NCBI GenBank assembly: GCA_963728075.1
Contig: CAVSIP010000001.1
Coordinates: forward strand, 684,251-748,250
Length of the DNA stretch: 64,000 bases
Direction: 5' to 3'
Source: an uncultured Actinomycetota bacterium
Lineage (GTDB): Bacteria; Actinomycetota; Actinomycetes; JAFAQI01; DASSKL01
Positions 22,189 through 31,395 of the stretch are shown here, piece after piece. Position 1 is the first letter of the stretch. Each line of letters opens with the position of its first letter. Made by a program: the position numbers and the translations under genes. The notes under the pieces are model-generated. The model saw only the letters and a list, made by a program, of their open reading frames with translations, was not told where the DNA came from and searched no databases.

Positions 22189-22704
22189 TCAGCGTCCCCC
22201 ACCGTTGCCGGTGAGGAAGACCAGGCGGAACTTGCCGACCTGGACCTCGTCGCCGTTGCCGAGCGTCTCCTCCTCGATCCGCTCCCGGTTGAGGTACGTG
22301 CCGTTCAGGCTGCCGACGTCGCGCACGACGAACTCGTCGTCGGCGCGGGCGAACTCGGCATGGCGCCGCGAGACCGTGACGTCGTCGAGGAAGATGTCGC
22401 TCTCGGGGTGGCGCCCGACGGTGGTGACATCCTTGTCCAGCAGGAAGCGGCTGCCGGCGTTCGGCCCGCGCTTCACGACGAGCAGCGCCGAACCGTGCGG
22501 CAGCGACTCCGCGCGGATCTCCGGAGCAGTGCCCTCCTCCTCGGCCGTCTCGCTCTCGAGCGCGTCGAGGGAGATGGTGGAGGTCTGGTCAGCCGGGCGA
22601 TCCCCTGGCCCCGAGGGGCGAGCGAGAGCCGCCCCGCACCGTGCGCAGAACCGGCTGTCCTCCGCATTCTGCTGCCCGCACTGGGTGCAGAACACCGTCG
22701 CCAT
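22189..22704 (-). CDS. garA: FHA-domain protein GarA/OdhI homologue with an N-terminal CxxC-x-CxxC zinc-ribbon extension
   Basis: C-terminal FHA domain nearly identical to GarA (LLVVKRGPNAGSRFLLD...GRHPESDIFLDDVTVSRRHAEF...GSLNGTY...GDEVQVGKFRLVFL). N-terminus MATVFCTQCGQQNAEDSRFCARCG with a good GGAGG RBS. TSTIS replaces the canonical ETTS phospho-site. Confidence 0.8.
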   Translation of the reverse strand: MATVFCTQCGQQNAEDSRFCARCGAALARPSGPGDRPADQTSTISLDALESETAEEEGTAPEIRAESLPHGSALLVVKRGPNAGSRFLLDKDVTTVGRHPESDIFLDDVTVSRRHAEFARADDEFVVRDVGSLNGTYLNRERIEEETLGNGDEVQVGKFRLVFLTGNGGGR

Positions 22705-22898
22705 CCGCCGCCGCCTCCGTCGTGGGATCCGGGTCGAGAACCCTCGACCGCCACCACAGGTTCATGGTGCGTCCGCAACCTACGTGTGCCTGCTGGAGCG
22801 GGTCAACCGGAACGTCCCGTTCCGTCGCACCGCGGGTCAGGTGAAGATTGCGGCCCGGTTCCCTGGTCTCGACCTCAACTCGAGGGTAAGCAGTCCGG

Positions 22899-23285
22899 TC
22901 AGGGCTGCGACTGGGTCAGCTGCTCGTACGCGGACGCGTCGAGCAACCCGTCGAGGGTGGCCGGGTCGCCGATCGTGAGCTCCACCATCCACCCCTCGCC
23001 GTAGGGGTCGGAGTTGACCACCTCGGGACGGCTGTCGAGCGTGTCGTTGCGGGCGCTGACCTCGCCGTTCACCGGCGCGTAGATCTCCGACACGCTCTTG
23101 GTCGACTCCACCTCCCCCATGGACTGGCCGGCCTGCACGCTGCTGCCGGTGTCCGGGAGCGAGACGTAGACGATGTCGCCCAGCGCGTCCTGGGCGTACG
23201 CGGTGATGCCGACGCGGACGGTGGTGTCGCCCGTGCGACGGACCCACTCGTGCTCAGCCGTGTACTTCAGGTCATCCGGATACAC
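22899..23285 (-). CDS. gcvH: glycine cleavage system H protein
   Basis: 128 aa. Lipoyl-lysine region ESTKSVSEIYAPVNGEV and the HEW motif. Confidence 0.9.
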   Translation of the reverse strand: MYPDDLKYTAEHEWVRRTGDTTVRVGITAYAQDALGDIVYVSLPDTGSSVQAGQSMGEVESTKSVSEIYAPVNGEVSARNDTLDSRPEVVNSDPYGEGWMVELTIGDPATLDGLLDASAYEQLTQSQP

Positions 23286-23342
23286 CGGCGTCTCTCCGCT
23301 TCGTGGTAGGGCCCGGCTGTGTCTCGGGGGTGCCCACCGAGC

Positions 23343-24062
23343 CTATTGACCCGGCTCCGTGGGCCGCAAGGCGGACACCACCACGTGGGTCTCGCTGGTC
23401 ACCGTGGCGGCGGCCCCGCCGCCCTGCGCCGCAACGGTGTCCACGACCCCACCCGGGATGGCCAGCGCTGCCGAGAGCGTGCGCGGGTCGCCGATGACGA
23501 GGAACCGGTACGGCGCCGCCACGGGCACGCCGTCCACGGACACCCCCGAGGCGTCCCCGAGCAGGTACGTCGACGCGACCACCCGCACCGGCCCGATCTG
23601 GATCGCCTCCGCGCCGGCGTCGCGCAGCTCCTCCAGCGCGTCGAGGAGCACGTCGGCGGGGACCTTCCCCTTCGGGTCCTGGATCGTCAGGACGATCCCC
23701 GGCCCCTGCGCCGGCACGGTGCCGGCGAGGATCCCCAGCGTCTGCACCCGCCGCTGCGCCTCCTCCAGGGCGGCTGCCTGCTGGTCCGAGCCGGTCGCGA
23801 GCCGCTGCTGGCTGGCCTGCAGGTCAGCCAGCTCCGCCCGGAGCCGCTCACTACGCGCGGTGAGGTCGTTGAGGATGCCGATGAGGTCCTCCTGGCGCGC
23901 CGCGGACAGGCCCTGCGTCTGCTCGGTGCTGCGTACCTGGGTCACCAGGGCGAAGCCGAGCAGGCCGCACAGGAGGGCGACCGCGGCCTGCGAGCGGGTC
24001 GCCCGCAGGCGCAGCAGCGACCGGACGGCTGCCAGCAGCGGGCGATGTCCGTGATCAGCCAT
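23343..24062 (-). CDS. DUF881 domain membrane-anchored protein (Rv1825-like)
   Basis: N-terminal TM, coiled coil, C-terminal DUF881-like region. Synteny with the sbp/Rv1824 homologue. Confidence 0.65.
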   Translation of the reverse strand: MADHGHRPLLAAVRSLLRLRATRSQAAVALLCGLLGFALVTQVRSTEQTQGLSAARQEDLIGILNDLTARSERLRAELADLQASQQRLATGSDQQAAALEEAQRRVQTLGILAGTVPAQGPGIVLTIQDPKGKVPADVLLDALEELRDAGAEAIQIGPVRVVASTYLLGDASGVSVDGVPVAAPYRFLVIGDPRTLSAALAIPGGVVDTVAAQGGGAAATVTSETHVVVSALRPTEPGQ

Positions 24063-24063
24063 G

Positions 24064-24396
24064 TCAGGCCCGGAACAGGTGCCGGCGGATCGCCGCCGCG
24101 TTGGAGAAGATGCGGATGCCCAGCACCACCACCACGCCGGTCGACAGCTGGCCGCCGACGCCGATCTGGTCGCCGAGGAACACGATCAGGGCCGCCACGA
24201 GCACGTTGGCGATGAACGACACGACGAACACCTTGTCGTCGAACACGCCGTCGAGCTGTGCCCGGACCGCACCGAACAGGGCGTCCAGCGCGGCCACGAC
24301 GGCGATCGGCAGGTACGGCTGGAGGCTCACCGGGACCGTGGGCTGCAGGATCGTCCCGGCGGCGACGCCTGCCGCCAGCGCGAGCAGGATGATCAC
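24064..24396 (-). CDS. small basic membrane protein Sbp (DUF1290, Rv1824-like)
   Basis: 110 aa, three hydrophobic segments. Sits between two DUF881 genes as in mycobacteria. Confidence 0.6.
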   Translation of the reverse strand: MIILLALAAGVAAGTILQPTVPVSLQPYLPIAVVAALDALFGAVRAQLDGVFDDKVFVVSFIANVLVAALIVFLGDQIGVGGQLSTGVVVVLGIRIFSNAAAIRRHLFRA

Positions 24397-25292
24397 GGCG
24401 TGCTCCTCGGCGCGGGTGACGCGTAGCGCAGGGACAGCTCGGCGGCAGCAGGGAGCGTCAGCCGCTGCTGCCGAGAGTAGTCGAACCCGAGTCCGTAAGC
24501 GTCGTGGTACGTGCGGAACCGGTCCGCGGTGGCGCTGGCGCCGAACGACGTCTCGAGCTGCTCGGGATCACCCACCGCGCTGATCTCGTACGGGGGCGAC
24601 AGCGGCCGGAAGTCCACCAGGATCGCGGCGCCGGCCGAGCGGATCGCGGTCACCGCGGTGATCCGCACGCCGTTCACGGCGACGCCCTTCGCGCCCGCTG
24701 CCCACAGGGCGTTGACGACCTCCTGCACGTCGCGGTCGAGGACCCGTTCCGGTGCCGGCGGTGGCGCCCCGTTGCCCCCTGTGCCGCCGCTGCCGCCGGT
24801 GCCGCCGAGCGGGTCCGTCTCCTGCGGGTGGGCGTCGTCCAGCCGCACCTGCAGGCCGGGGCCGGACAGCGGAGTGGTCCCGGTTTCCCGCTCGAGTGCG
24901 TTCACCTGGTCGTTCAGTGCGCTGCCCAGCGTGGTCTGGTCGAGCAACCGGCTGCGTTCGCCAGCGGTGCGCTCCCGCAGGCGCTCCACCTGGCGTTGCA
25001 GGTCGGCGGTGGACGCGGTGCGGTTCTGCACCGTCTCGACCAGCGCCGCGCGGGCGCGGGCGACGGCCGGCGCTCGTTCCCGGGACTGGTGCACGGCGAG
25101 CCCGAGCGCCAGGCCGACGGCGAGCAGCATGGCTACCGCGGGCCATCGGTGTCGCCGCTGCGGCGGCTGGTCCTGCCGGCGGGCCGCCGCCTCTGCGTAC
25201 GCCGGGTCGAGGCTGGTGGTGATCACGTCGTTGAGCAACGACATCGACGCGTCGGGGCGCGGTGGCGCGTCCGAGCGCGGCGGCCGGGTCAT
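24393..25292 (-). CDS. DUF881 domain membrane-anchored protein (Rv1823-like)
   Basis: ATG at 25292. TM (WPAVAMLLAVGLALGLAV), coiled coil, C-terminal DUF881-like region. Confidence 0.65.
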   Translation of the reverse strand: MTRPPRSDAPPRPDASMSLLNDVITTSLDPAYAEAAARRQDQPPQRRHRWPAVAMLLAVGLALGLAVHQSRERAPAVARARAALVETVQNRTASTADLQRQVERLRERTAGERSRLLDQTTLGSALNDQVNALERETGTTPLSGPGLQVRLDDAHPQETDPLGGTGGSGGTGGNGAPPPAPERVLDRDVQEVVNALWAAGAKGVAVNGVRITAVTAIRSAGAAILVDFRPLSPPYEISAVGDPEQLETSFGASATADRFRTYHDAYGLGFDYSRQQRLTLPAAAELSLRYASPAPRSTP

Positions 25293-27836
25293 GTCCCCAT
25301 TGTCATGCCTCACCGGCTTTGCCGGGGTCAGCTGTGGCCGCCTGTCACCACCTGCGCCCAGCTGTCGACGAGCGCGGTGGCCCGGGCCGGCGTCGCCGGC
25401 CTCGGCCCACAGGTGCGTCACCGCCTCCGACGGGTCCGGCAGCACGAGCGTCCAGCCGCCGTCCGCCTCGGTGATCCGCACGCCGTCGGTGGTATCGAGT
25501 GGCCGGTCCCCCGCGGCCTCGACGACCATCCGCATGACCGTGCCCTTCGCCGCCCACGGTGTCGGTACGGTCCGCCGGGCCACGTTCGCGACCGGGATCC
25601 GCGCGTCGATCTCCGACAGGCGCAGGTGCGTGCGGGCGACCAGCCCGAGCAGGCGCACGAAGGCGGCGAGGGCGTCGAGGTGGGTGGAGAACTCCGGAAC
25701 GATGAACCCGCCGCGCCCGTCGCCGGCGAAGAGCACGCTGCGGTCGAGGGCCGCCCGGGACAGGTCGTCGGGAGAGGTCGACGTCCAGCGCACCCCGCAG
25801 CCGTGGAAGCCGGCGACCCGCTCGGCGATCCGGGTGGTCGTGATGGGCAGGGCCACGTCGCCACGGTGCCGCTCCGCGGCCACGAGGTCCATGAGCACGA
25901 GCAGTGCGCGGTCGTCGGGGACCAGCTCGCCCCGCTCGTCCACGAGCGAGAGCCGCTCGGCCACGGGGTCGAACCGGATGCCGAACGCGGCGCGGGAGGA
26001 GGCCACGAGGTCGGCGAGCCGTTCCATCCCTCGCATGTGCTCGACGATGGTCTCGGTGGGCATGCTCTCGTCGAGCCGGCCGTTGACGGTCAGCACGTCG
26101 ACGCCGAGCTGTCCGAGCAGGACCGGCAGCACGCTCGCGCCCGCCCCGCCGGCCGCGTCGACCACCACCCGCAAGCCCGCTTCGGCGATGCCCGTGGTGT
26201 CGACGGCGGCGAGCAGCTCGTGGGCGTAGGTGTCGATGAAGCGCGCGGGGAAGGTGAGGTCCGCGATCTCACCGGGGAAGGCGCGCCGGAACTCCTGGCG
26301 GCTGAAGACGCGCTCGACCCGGCGCTGCGCGGCCTGTGACAGGTCCGCGCCCCGCTCGTCGAGGAAGACGATGTCGATACCCTGCGCGTCGCCGGGCGTC
26401 GTACGCAGCAGCACTCCGCCGACGGCGTCGCTGTGCTCGGTCTCGAAGCGGGTGACGGGTGCCGGCGCCGACCTCCAGGTCCCGCACGTTGATGGCGCTC
26501 GCTGTCAGCGCACTCACCACCGCGCGCTTGAGCGCCCGCGCAGCCCGTGAGACGTCCCGCGACGTCACCACCATGCTGCCCTTGCTGCAACGTCGTGGCG
26601 TACGCGCTGGCCAGCCGCACGGCCAGCTCCGGGGTGATCTCGACGTTGACCAGCCCGGACACGCCGCGCTGGCCGAACAGGCTGCGCTGGCCCCGGGACT
26701 CCCAGATGACGCTGGTGTTGACGACGGCGCCCGCCTCGATCGTCTTGAACGGGTAGACCTTGACGTCGTGCGGAGAGGAACGCCTCCTCCTCGATGACGC
26801 AGTCGTCGCCGACGACCGCGCCCTCCTCCACCCGCGCACCGGCGCATCACGTCGGTGTTCTTCCCGATCACGCAGCCGCGCAGGTTGGCGTGCGGAGGCC
26901 GACGAAGACGTTGTCGTGCACGCACCGCCCGGTGCAGGAACGCGCCGTTCTTCACCACCACGTTGTTGCCGAGGACGGTGTACTCCCGCAGCTCCGCGCC
27001 GGCTTCGACCTTGCTGTAGTCGCCGACGAGCACGGGGCCCTTGACGACGGCCTCCGGGTCGACCTCGGCGCCCTCCCCCACCCAGACGCCGGGCGCCATC
27101 TCGAAGCCGTCGATGTCGACGTCGACCTGGCGGTTGAGCACGTCCGCGTGCGCCTTGAGGTAGCTCTCGTGGGTCCCGACGTCCTCCCAGTAGCCGTCTG
27201 CGACGTACCCGTACAGCGGCGCGCCGGCGCGCAGCAGCGCGGGGAACACGTCGCCCGGACCAGTCGACCACCTCGTCCACCGGCACGTGGTCGAGCACCT
27301 CGGGCTCCATCACGTAGATGCCGGTGTTGACGGTGTCCGAGAACACCTGGCCCCAGGTGGGCTTCTCCAGGAAACGGTCGATGCGGCCGTCCTCGCCGGT
27401 GATGACGATGCCGAACTCGAGGGGGTTCGGCACGGACTTCAAGCCGACCGTGACCAGCGCCGCCCGCTCGCGGTGGAACCGCACCATCTCCTGCAGGTCG
27501 ATGTCGGTGAGCGCGTCCCCGGAGATGACGAGGAAGGGCTCGTCGCCGCAGCGCGTCCTCGGCGTTCTTCACGCTGCCCGCCGTGCCCAGCGGGCGCTGC
27601 TCGGTGGCGTACTGCAGGGCCATGCCCAGCTCCTCGCCGTCGCCGAAGTAGTTGCGCACCAGCGAGGCGAGGAACTGCACGGTGACGACGGTCTCGTCGA
27701 AGCCGTGGCGGCGGAGCAGCCGCAGGACGTGCTCCATGATCGGTCGGTTGGCGACCGGGAGCAGCGGCTTCGGCAGGTTCGCGGTCATCGGGCGCAGCCG
27801 ACTGCCCTCGCCGCCCGCCATCACGACGGCCCTCAC
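25293..27836 (-). pseudogene. bifunctional sugar-1-phosphate nucleotidyltransferase (GDP-mannose pyrophosphorylase-like) + phosphomannomutase/phosphoglucomutase-like, broken by at least 6 single-base frameshifts. No in-frame stop before the DUF881 gene. Probably a sequencing artefact, not a true pseudogene.
   Basis: N-terminus MRAVVMAGGEGSRLRPMT...LGTAGSVKNAEDAL (NTP_transferase). It continues in other frames through the hexapeptide repeat (EGAVVGDDCVIEE) and the PMM domains (KGSMVVTSRDVSRAARALKRAVV, C-terminal TDGVRITEADGGWTLVLPDPSEAVTHLWAEA). The frame switches lie at homopolymers (e.g. TCCGGG/CGAC, GCGGCGAC). Confidence 0.6.
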
Positions 27837-27863
27837 GGGCGGGAACGTAACAGAGCGCGGCCG

Positions 27864-29270
27864 CTATGACCCGGGACTGTCGTCCTCCTCGATCACCAGA
27901 CCCAGCGAGCGGAACTGCTCCACGGGTCGGTGGTAGCCCCGTTCCACGTGCCCCACGCCGCTGAGCCGGCTGGGCCCGTCGGCGACGGCGGCAGCCAGCA
28001 GGTAGGCGAAGCCGCCGCGCACATCCGGAACGCGGATGTCCGCACCGATGAGCGGGCTGCGCCCGCGGATCACGGCCGAGTGCAGGTAGTCGGTCTCGTG
28101 GAACCGGCAGGCCGGCCCGCCCAGGCACTGGTCGAACAGCTCGATCTCGGCGCCCATGGTGCGCAGCGCGTCGACGTAGCCGAACCGCTCCTCGAACACC
28201 GTCTCGTGGATCACCGACAGCCCGTGCGCCTGCGTGGCCAGGACGGCCAACGGCTGCTGCCAGTCCGTCATGAACCCCGGGTGGGTGTCGGTGTGCACCG
28301 CCACCGCCCGCAGCGCCTCGCCACCCCTCGCCTTGACGTAGTCGTCGACGATCTCGAGGTCCGCGCCCATGCGGCGCAGGGTCGTCAGCGCCGTCACGAG
28401 GTCGTCCTGGCGGACGCCGCGTACCGCGACCTCGCCGTCGGTGATGAGGGCGGCGACGAGGTAGGAGAACGCCTCGAGGCGGTCCCCGGCGAGCCGGTGG
28501 GACGCCGGGCCCAGGGCCGGTACGCCCTCGACCACCCAGCGGCGGTTGGGGCGCAGCTCCACCTGCGCCCCCATGCGCTGCAGGAACAGGGCGAGCTCGA
28601 CGATCTCCGGCTCGATCGCGGCGTTCTCGATGACCGTGCGTCCCTCCGCGCCGACGGCGCTGAGCAGCACGGTCTCGGTCGCGCCCACGCTGGGGAACGG
28701 CAGCCGGATGCGGGCCCCGTGCAGGCGGACCGCCTTGGCGTGCACCCCCTCGGGGCTGGTCTCGATCTCCGCGCCCATGTTCCGCAGGGCCTCGACGTGG
28801 AAGTCCACCGGCCGGGTGCCGATCTGGTCGCCGCCGACCAGTGGGACGAACGCCTCGCCGTGCCGGTGCAGCAGCGGGCCGAGCAGGAGGATGGGGATGC
28901 GGTTACGCCCGGAGAAGCTCGTGGGCACGTCCGGCGTGGTCAACGTGGTGGCGTCGACGACGACCCGCGGCCCGTCCCGCAGCACCTGCGCGCCGAGCGC
29001 CTCGAGCATGTCGCCGGTGATGAGCACGTCGCCGACGTCGGGGGCGTTGTCGATGACGCACGGGCCGCCGGCCAGCACGGCGGCGACCATGTGCTTGGTG
29101 ACCGCGTTCTTCGCCCCGGCGACCGTCACCTCGCCGCGGAGCGGGCCGACGGGTTCGACCCGCCACGACTTGGTTTCCCGTTGCACCTGCGTCACGGGAC
29201 CATCATCGCGGTTCGGGACCGGATCGGCCAAAGCGTGCGCGTAGCGTGCCGGTGTGGTCTTGCTTGCCAA
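27864..29270 (-). CDS. murA: UDP-N-acetylglucosamine 1-carboxyvinyltransferase
   Basis: 468-aa ORF. EPT-family signatures (LRGEVTVAGAKNA, active-site loop region, RPVDFHVEAL). The true start may be an internal GTG, since the ORF overlaps the divergent VOC gene. Confidence 0.85.
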   Translation of the reverse strand: MASKTTPARYAHALADPVPNRDDGPVTQVQRETKSWRVEPVGPLRGEVTVAGAKNAVTKHMVAAVLAGGPCVIDNAPDVGDVLITGDMLEALGAQVLRDGPRVVVDATTLTTPDVPTSFSGRNRIPILLLGPLLHRHGEAFVPLVGGDQIGTRPVDFHVEALRNMGAEIETSPEGVHAKAVRLHGARIRLPFPSVGATETVLLSAVGAEGRTVIENAAIEPEIVELALFLQRMGAQVELRPNRRWVVEGVPALGPASHRLAGDRLEAFSYLVAALITDGEVAVRGVRQDDLVTALTTLRRMGADLEIVDDYVKARGGEALRAVAVHTDTHPGFMTDWQQPLAVLATQAHGLSVIHETVFEERFGYVDALRTMGAEIELFDQCLGGPACRFHETDYLHSAVIRGRSPLIGADIRVPDVRGGFAYLLAAAVADGPSRLSGVGHVERGYHRPVEQFRSLGLVIEEDDSPGS

Positions 29271-29928
29271 ACCGGCACTCGACGTCGGGATCTACACCGA
29301 GGACTGGGACGCCGCGCGCGCGTTCTACGTCGACCGGCTCGGCCTGACGTACGAGGAGCTGCTCAAGGTCGGCGGCGGTGTGCACCAGCACCGGCTGACG
29401 CTCGGCGGGGGTGTGCTGAAGGTCAACGCCAGCCGGACGCCCCTGGCGACGGAACCCGGCCCGTACGCCGGGCTGGTGGTGGCGCGCCCTGTGGCGACCA
29501 CGGCCACCGACCTGGTCGACCCGGTGGGCGTGCCGGTCAGGCTGGTGCGGCCCGGGACCGATGGCGTGGCGCAGCTGGCCGTCCGCGTGCGCACGCGCGA
29601 CCCGTCGGCGTACCGGCACTTCGCGGTGGACGGACTCGGTGCCGAGGAGCTGGCGCCCGACCGCCTGCGGGTGGGGACCACGGTGCTCCTGCTGGAGCGG
29701 GCGGCCGGCGATCCCGTCGGAGGCGCCCTGCGTTGCCGCGGCCTGCGCTACCTCACCGTGCAGGTGCACGACTGCGTGGCCGAGCACCGCCGGCTGGTCG
29801 ACGGCGGGTATGCGACCGAAGGAGCGGCGCCGGTCCGGCTCGGTGACGTCGCGCGCATCTCCTTCGTCCGCGACCCGGACGGCGGGTGGGTGGAGATCTC
29901 CCAGCGCGCGACCCTGACGAGCCTGTAG
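29254..29928 (+). CDS. VOC (glyoxalase/bleomycin-resistance/dioxygenase) family protein
   Basis: Two beta-alpha-beta-beta-beta modules (ALDVGIYTEDWDAARAFYVDRLGL ... VQVHDCVAEHRRLVDGG...FVRDPDGGWVEI). Start uncertain. Confidence 0.55.
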   Translation: MVLLAKPALDVGIYTEDWDAARAFYVDRLGLTYEELLKVGGGVHQHRLTLGGGVLKVNASRTPLATEPGPYAGLVVARPVATTATDLVDPVGVPVRLVRPGTDGVAQLAVRVRTRDPSAYRHFAVDGLGAEELAPDRLRVGTTVLLLERAAGDPVGGALRCRGLRYLTVQVHDCVAEHRRLVDGGYATEGAAPVRLGDVARISFVRDPDGGWVEISQRATLTSL

Positions 29929-29939
29929 AGGAGAACGCG

Positions 29940-30707
29940 ATGAGCGATGCGGTCACGGTGGAGCGCGACGGCCCGGTCACGACGGTCGTGCTGCACCGTC
30001 CGGATGTGCGCAACGCGGTGGACCGGCCGACCGCCGAAGCGCTGGCGGAGGCGTTCCGGGCCTTCGAGGCGGACGACGGGGCGCTCGTCGCCGTGCTGTG
30101 GGGTGCGGGCGGGACGTTCTGCGCAGGGGCGGACCTCAAGGCGGTGGCGGCCGGGCGGGGCAACCGCGTGGCGCCTACCGGGGACGGCCCGATGGGGCCG
30201 ACCCGGATGCAGCTGAGCAAGCCGGTGGTCGCCGCGGTCGCGGGGCACGCGGTCGCGGGCGGGCTGGAGCTGGCCCTGTGGTGCGACCTGCGCGTGGTGG
30301 AGGACGACGCCGTGCTCGGGGTGTTCTGCCGGCGCTGGGGGGTGCCGCTCATCGACGGAGGTACGGTCCGCCTGCCCCGGCTCATCGGCCTGTCCCGCGC
30401 GCTCGACCTCATCCTCACCGGCCGGGCGGTCGGCGCCGAGGAGGCGCTGGCGATCGGGCTCGCCAACCGGGTCGTCCCTGCCGGCACGTCACGCGCGGAG
30501 GCCGAGCGTCTCGCCGCCGAGATCGCCCGGTTCCCGCAGCTGTGCCTGAGCAACGACCGGGCCTCGGCGTACGAGGGCCTCGGCCTGCCCTTCGCAGCCG
30601 CGATGGCGAACGAGCTGCAGCACGGGCAGGTCGCGCTCGAGCACGAAGCGGGGGTGGGCGCCGCGCGGTTCGCCGGCGGTGCCGGCCGGCACGGCGCCCC
30701 TGCGTGA
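29940..30707 (+). CDS. enoyl-CoA hydratase/isomerase (crotonase) family
   Basis: ATG at 29940 with an AGAGGAG RBS. Oxyanion-hole region GTFCAGADL and AVAGHAVAGGLELALWCDLRV. Confidence 0.8.
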   Translation: MSDAVTVERDGPVTTVVLHRPDVRNAVDRPTAEALAEAFRAFEADDGALVAVLWGAGGTFCAGADLKAVAAGRGNRVAPTGDGPMGPTRMQLSKPVVAAVAGHAVAGGLELALWCDLRVVEDDAVLGVFCRRWGVPLIDGGTVRLPRLIGLSRALDLILTGRAVGAEEALAIGLANRVVPAGTSRAEAERLAAEIARFPQLCLSNDRASAYEGLGLPFAAAMANELQHGQVALEHEAGVGAARFAGGAGRHGAPA

Positions 30708-30709
30708 GG

Positions 30710-31342
30710 TCAGGCGGCCGGCCCCGCCACGATGCGCCGGGCCGCGCTGCCGGGGTACTCGGACCGCGTCAACGTCCACACGGCCGTACGGCCGGTCTCC
30801 GAGGCCACGGCGGGGTCGCGCGGGCGCTCGCCGGTACGGCGGTAGCCGAGCCGGCGAGGCACCGCCGCGCTGGCCGCGTTGCCGACGTCGTGGTGGATCT
30901 CGACGCGGCCGACCTCCGGAAGTGCGAGGCCGGCGGCGGTGACCGCGGCCGCGGCGCGGGTCCCGATGCCGCGGCGGACCCGGTCGACGTGCACCCAGTA
31001 GCCGATCTCCAGCCAGTCGGCGGCGCGCACGTGCAGCCCGACGCCGCCGACGAGGCACCCGCCGTCCAGCACCGCGTACTGAAACGCGGTCCGCTCCGCC
31101 CAGGCCTGCTCGGCATCGGCGAGGAACTGCTCGGCGGTCTCCCGGCCGTAGCCCGCCGCCCAGGGCAGCCAGCGGCTCAGATGCTCCTCGGAGGCGGTGA
31201 CGGCGGCACTCAGCGCCGCCGCGTCCGAGGTACGCCACCGCCGCACGCGGAGGCCGGCGACGTCGAGCCGCCCGGTGGGCGACGACGTCACGGTCGGCTC
31301 GGGCACCGCCTGATGGTGGCCGCTGCGCCGGTGCGCTGGCAA
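30710..31342 (-). CDS. GNAT family N-acetyltransferase (RimJ/RimL-like, Acetyltransf_3 type)
   Basis: 210 aa. LRVRRWRTSDAAAL N-terminal motif and a GNAT core (GYWVHVDRVRRGIGTRA). Confidence 0.75.
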   Translation of the reverse strand: MPAHRRSGHHQAVPEPTVTSSPTGRLDVAGLRVRRWRTSDAAALSAAVTASEEHLSRWLPWAAGYGRETAEQFLADAEQAWAERTAFQYAVLDGGCLVGGVGLHVRAADWLEIGYWVHVDRVRRGIGTRAAAAVTAAGLALPEVGRVEIHHDVGNAASAAVPRRLGYRRTGERPRDPAVASETGRTAVWTLTRSEYPGSAARRIVAGPAA

Positions 31343-31395
31343 CCCGGTTCGACACGTACGGTGCTGCTGTGGCCGATCAGCCTGACCCGGGGCAC

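Noticed and set aside
22808-22824. Perfect 7-3-7 palindrome CGGAACG-TCC-CGTTCCG ~100 bp upstream of garA, a possible operator.
   Set aside because: A 7-bp inverted repeat at a fixed spacing is expected several times by chance in 64 kb. No second copy or flanking conservation is visible, so it is not reported as a feature.
25293-27836. Calling the fragmented NTP-transferase/PMM gene, recN and nadK true pseudogenes indicating genome decay.
   Set aside because: The frameshifts are single-base indels at G/C homopolymers with otherwise perfectly conserved residues. They hit an essential gene (nadK), and the long neighbouring genes are intact. That is the signature of sequencing error, not decay.
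31343-31395. The upstream GTG at 31369 as the decarboxylase start, which would leave only 26 bp between divergent starts.
   Set aside because: Alignment to AADC family N-termini begins at MTPEQFR (ATG 31396). The GTG extension adds 9 non-conserved residues.
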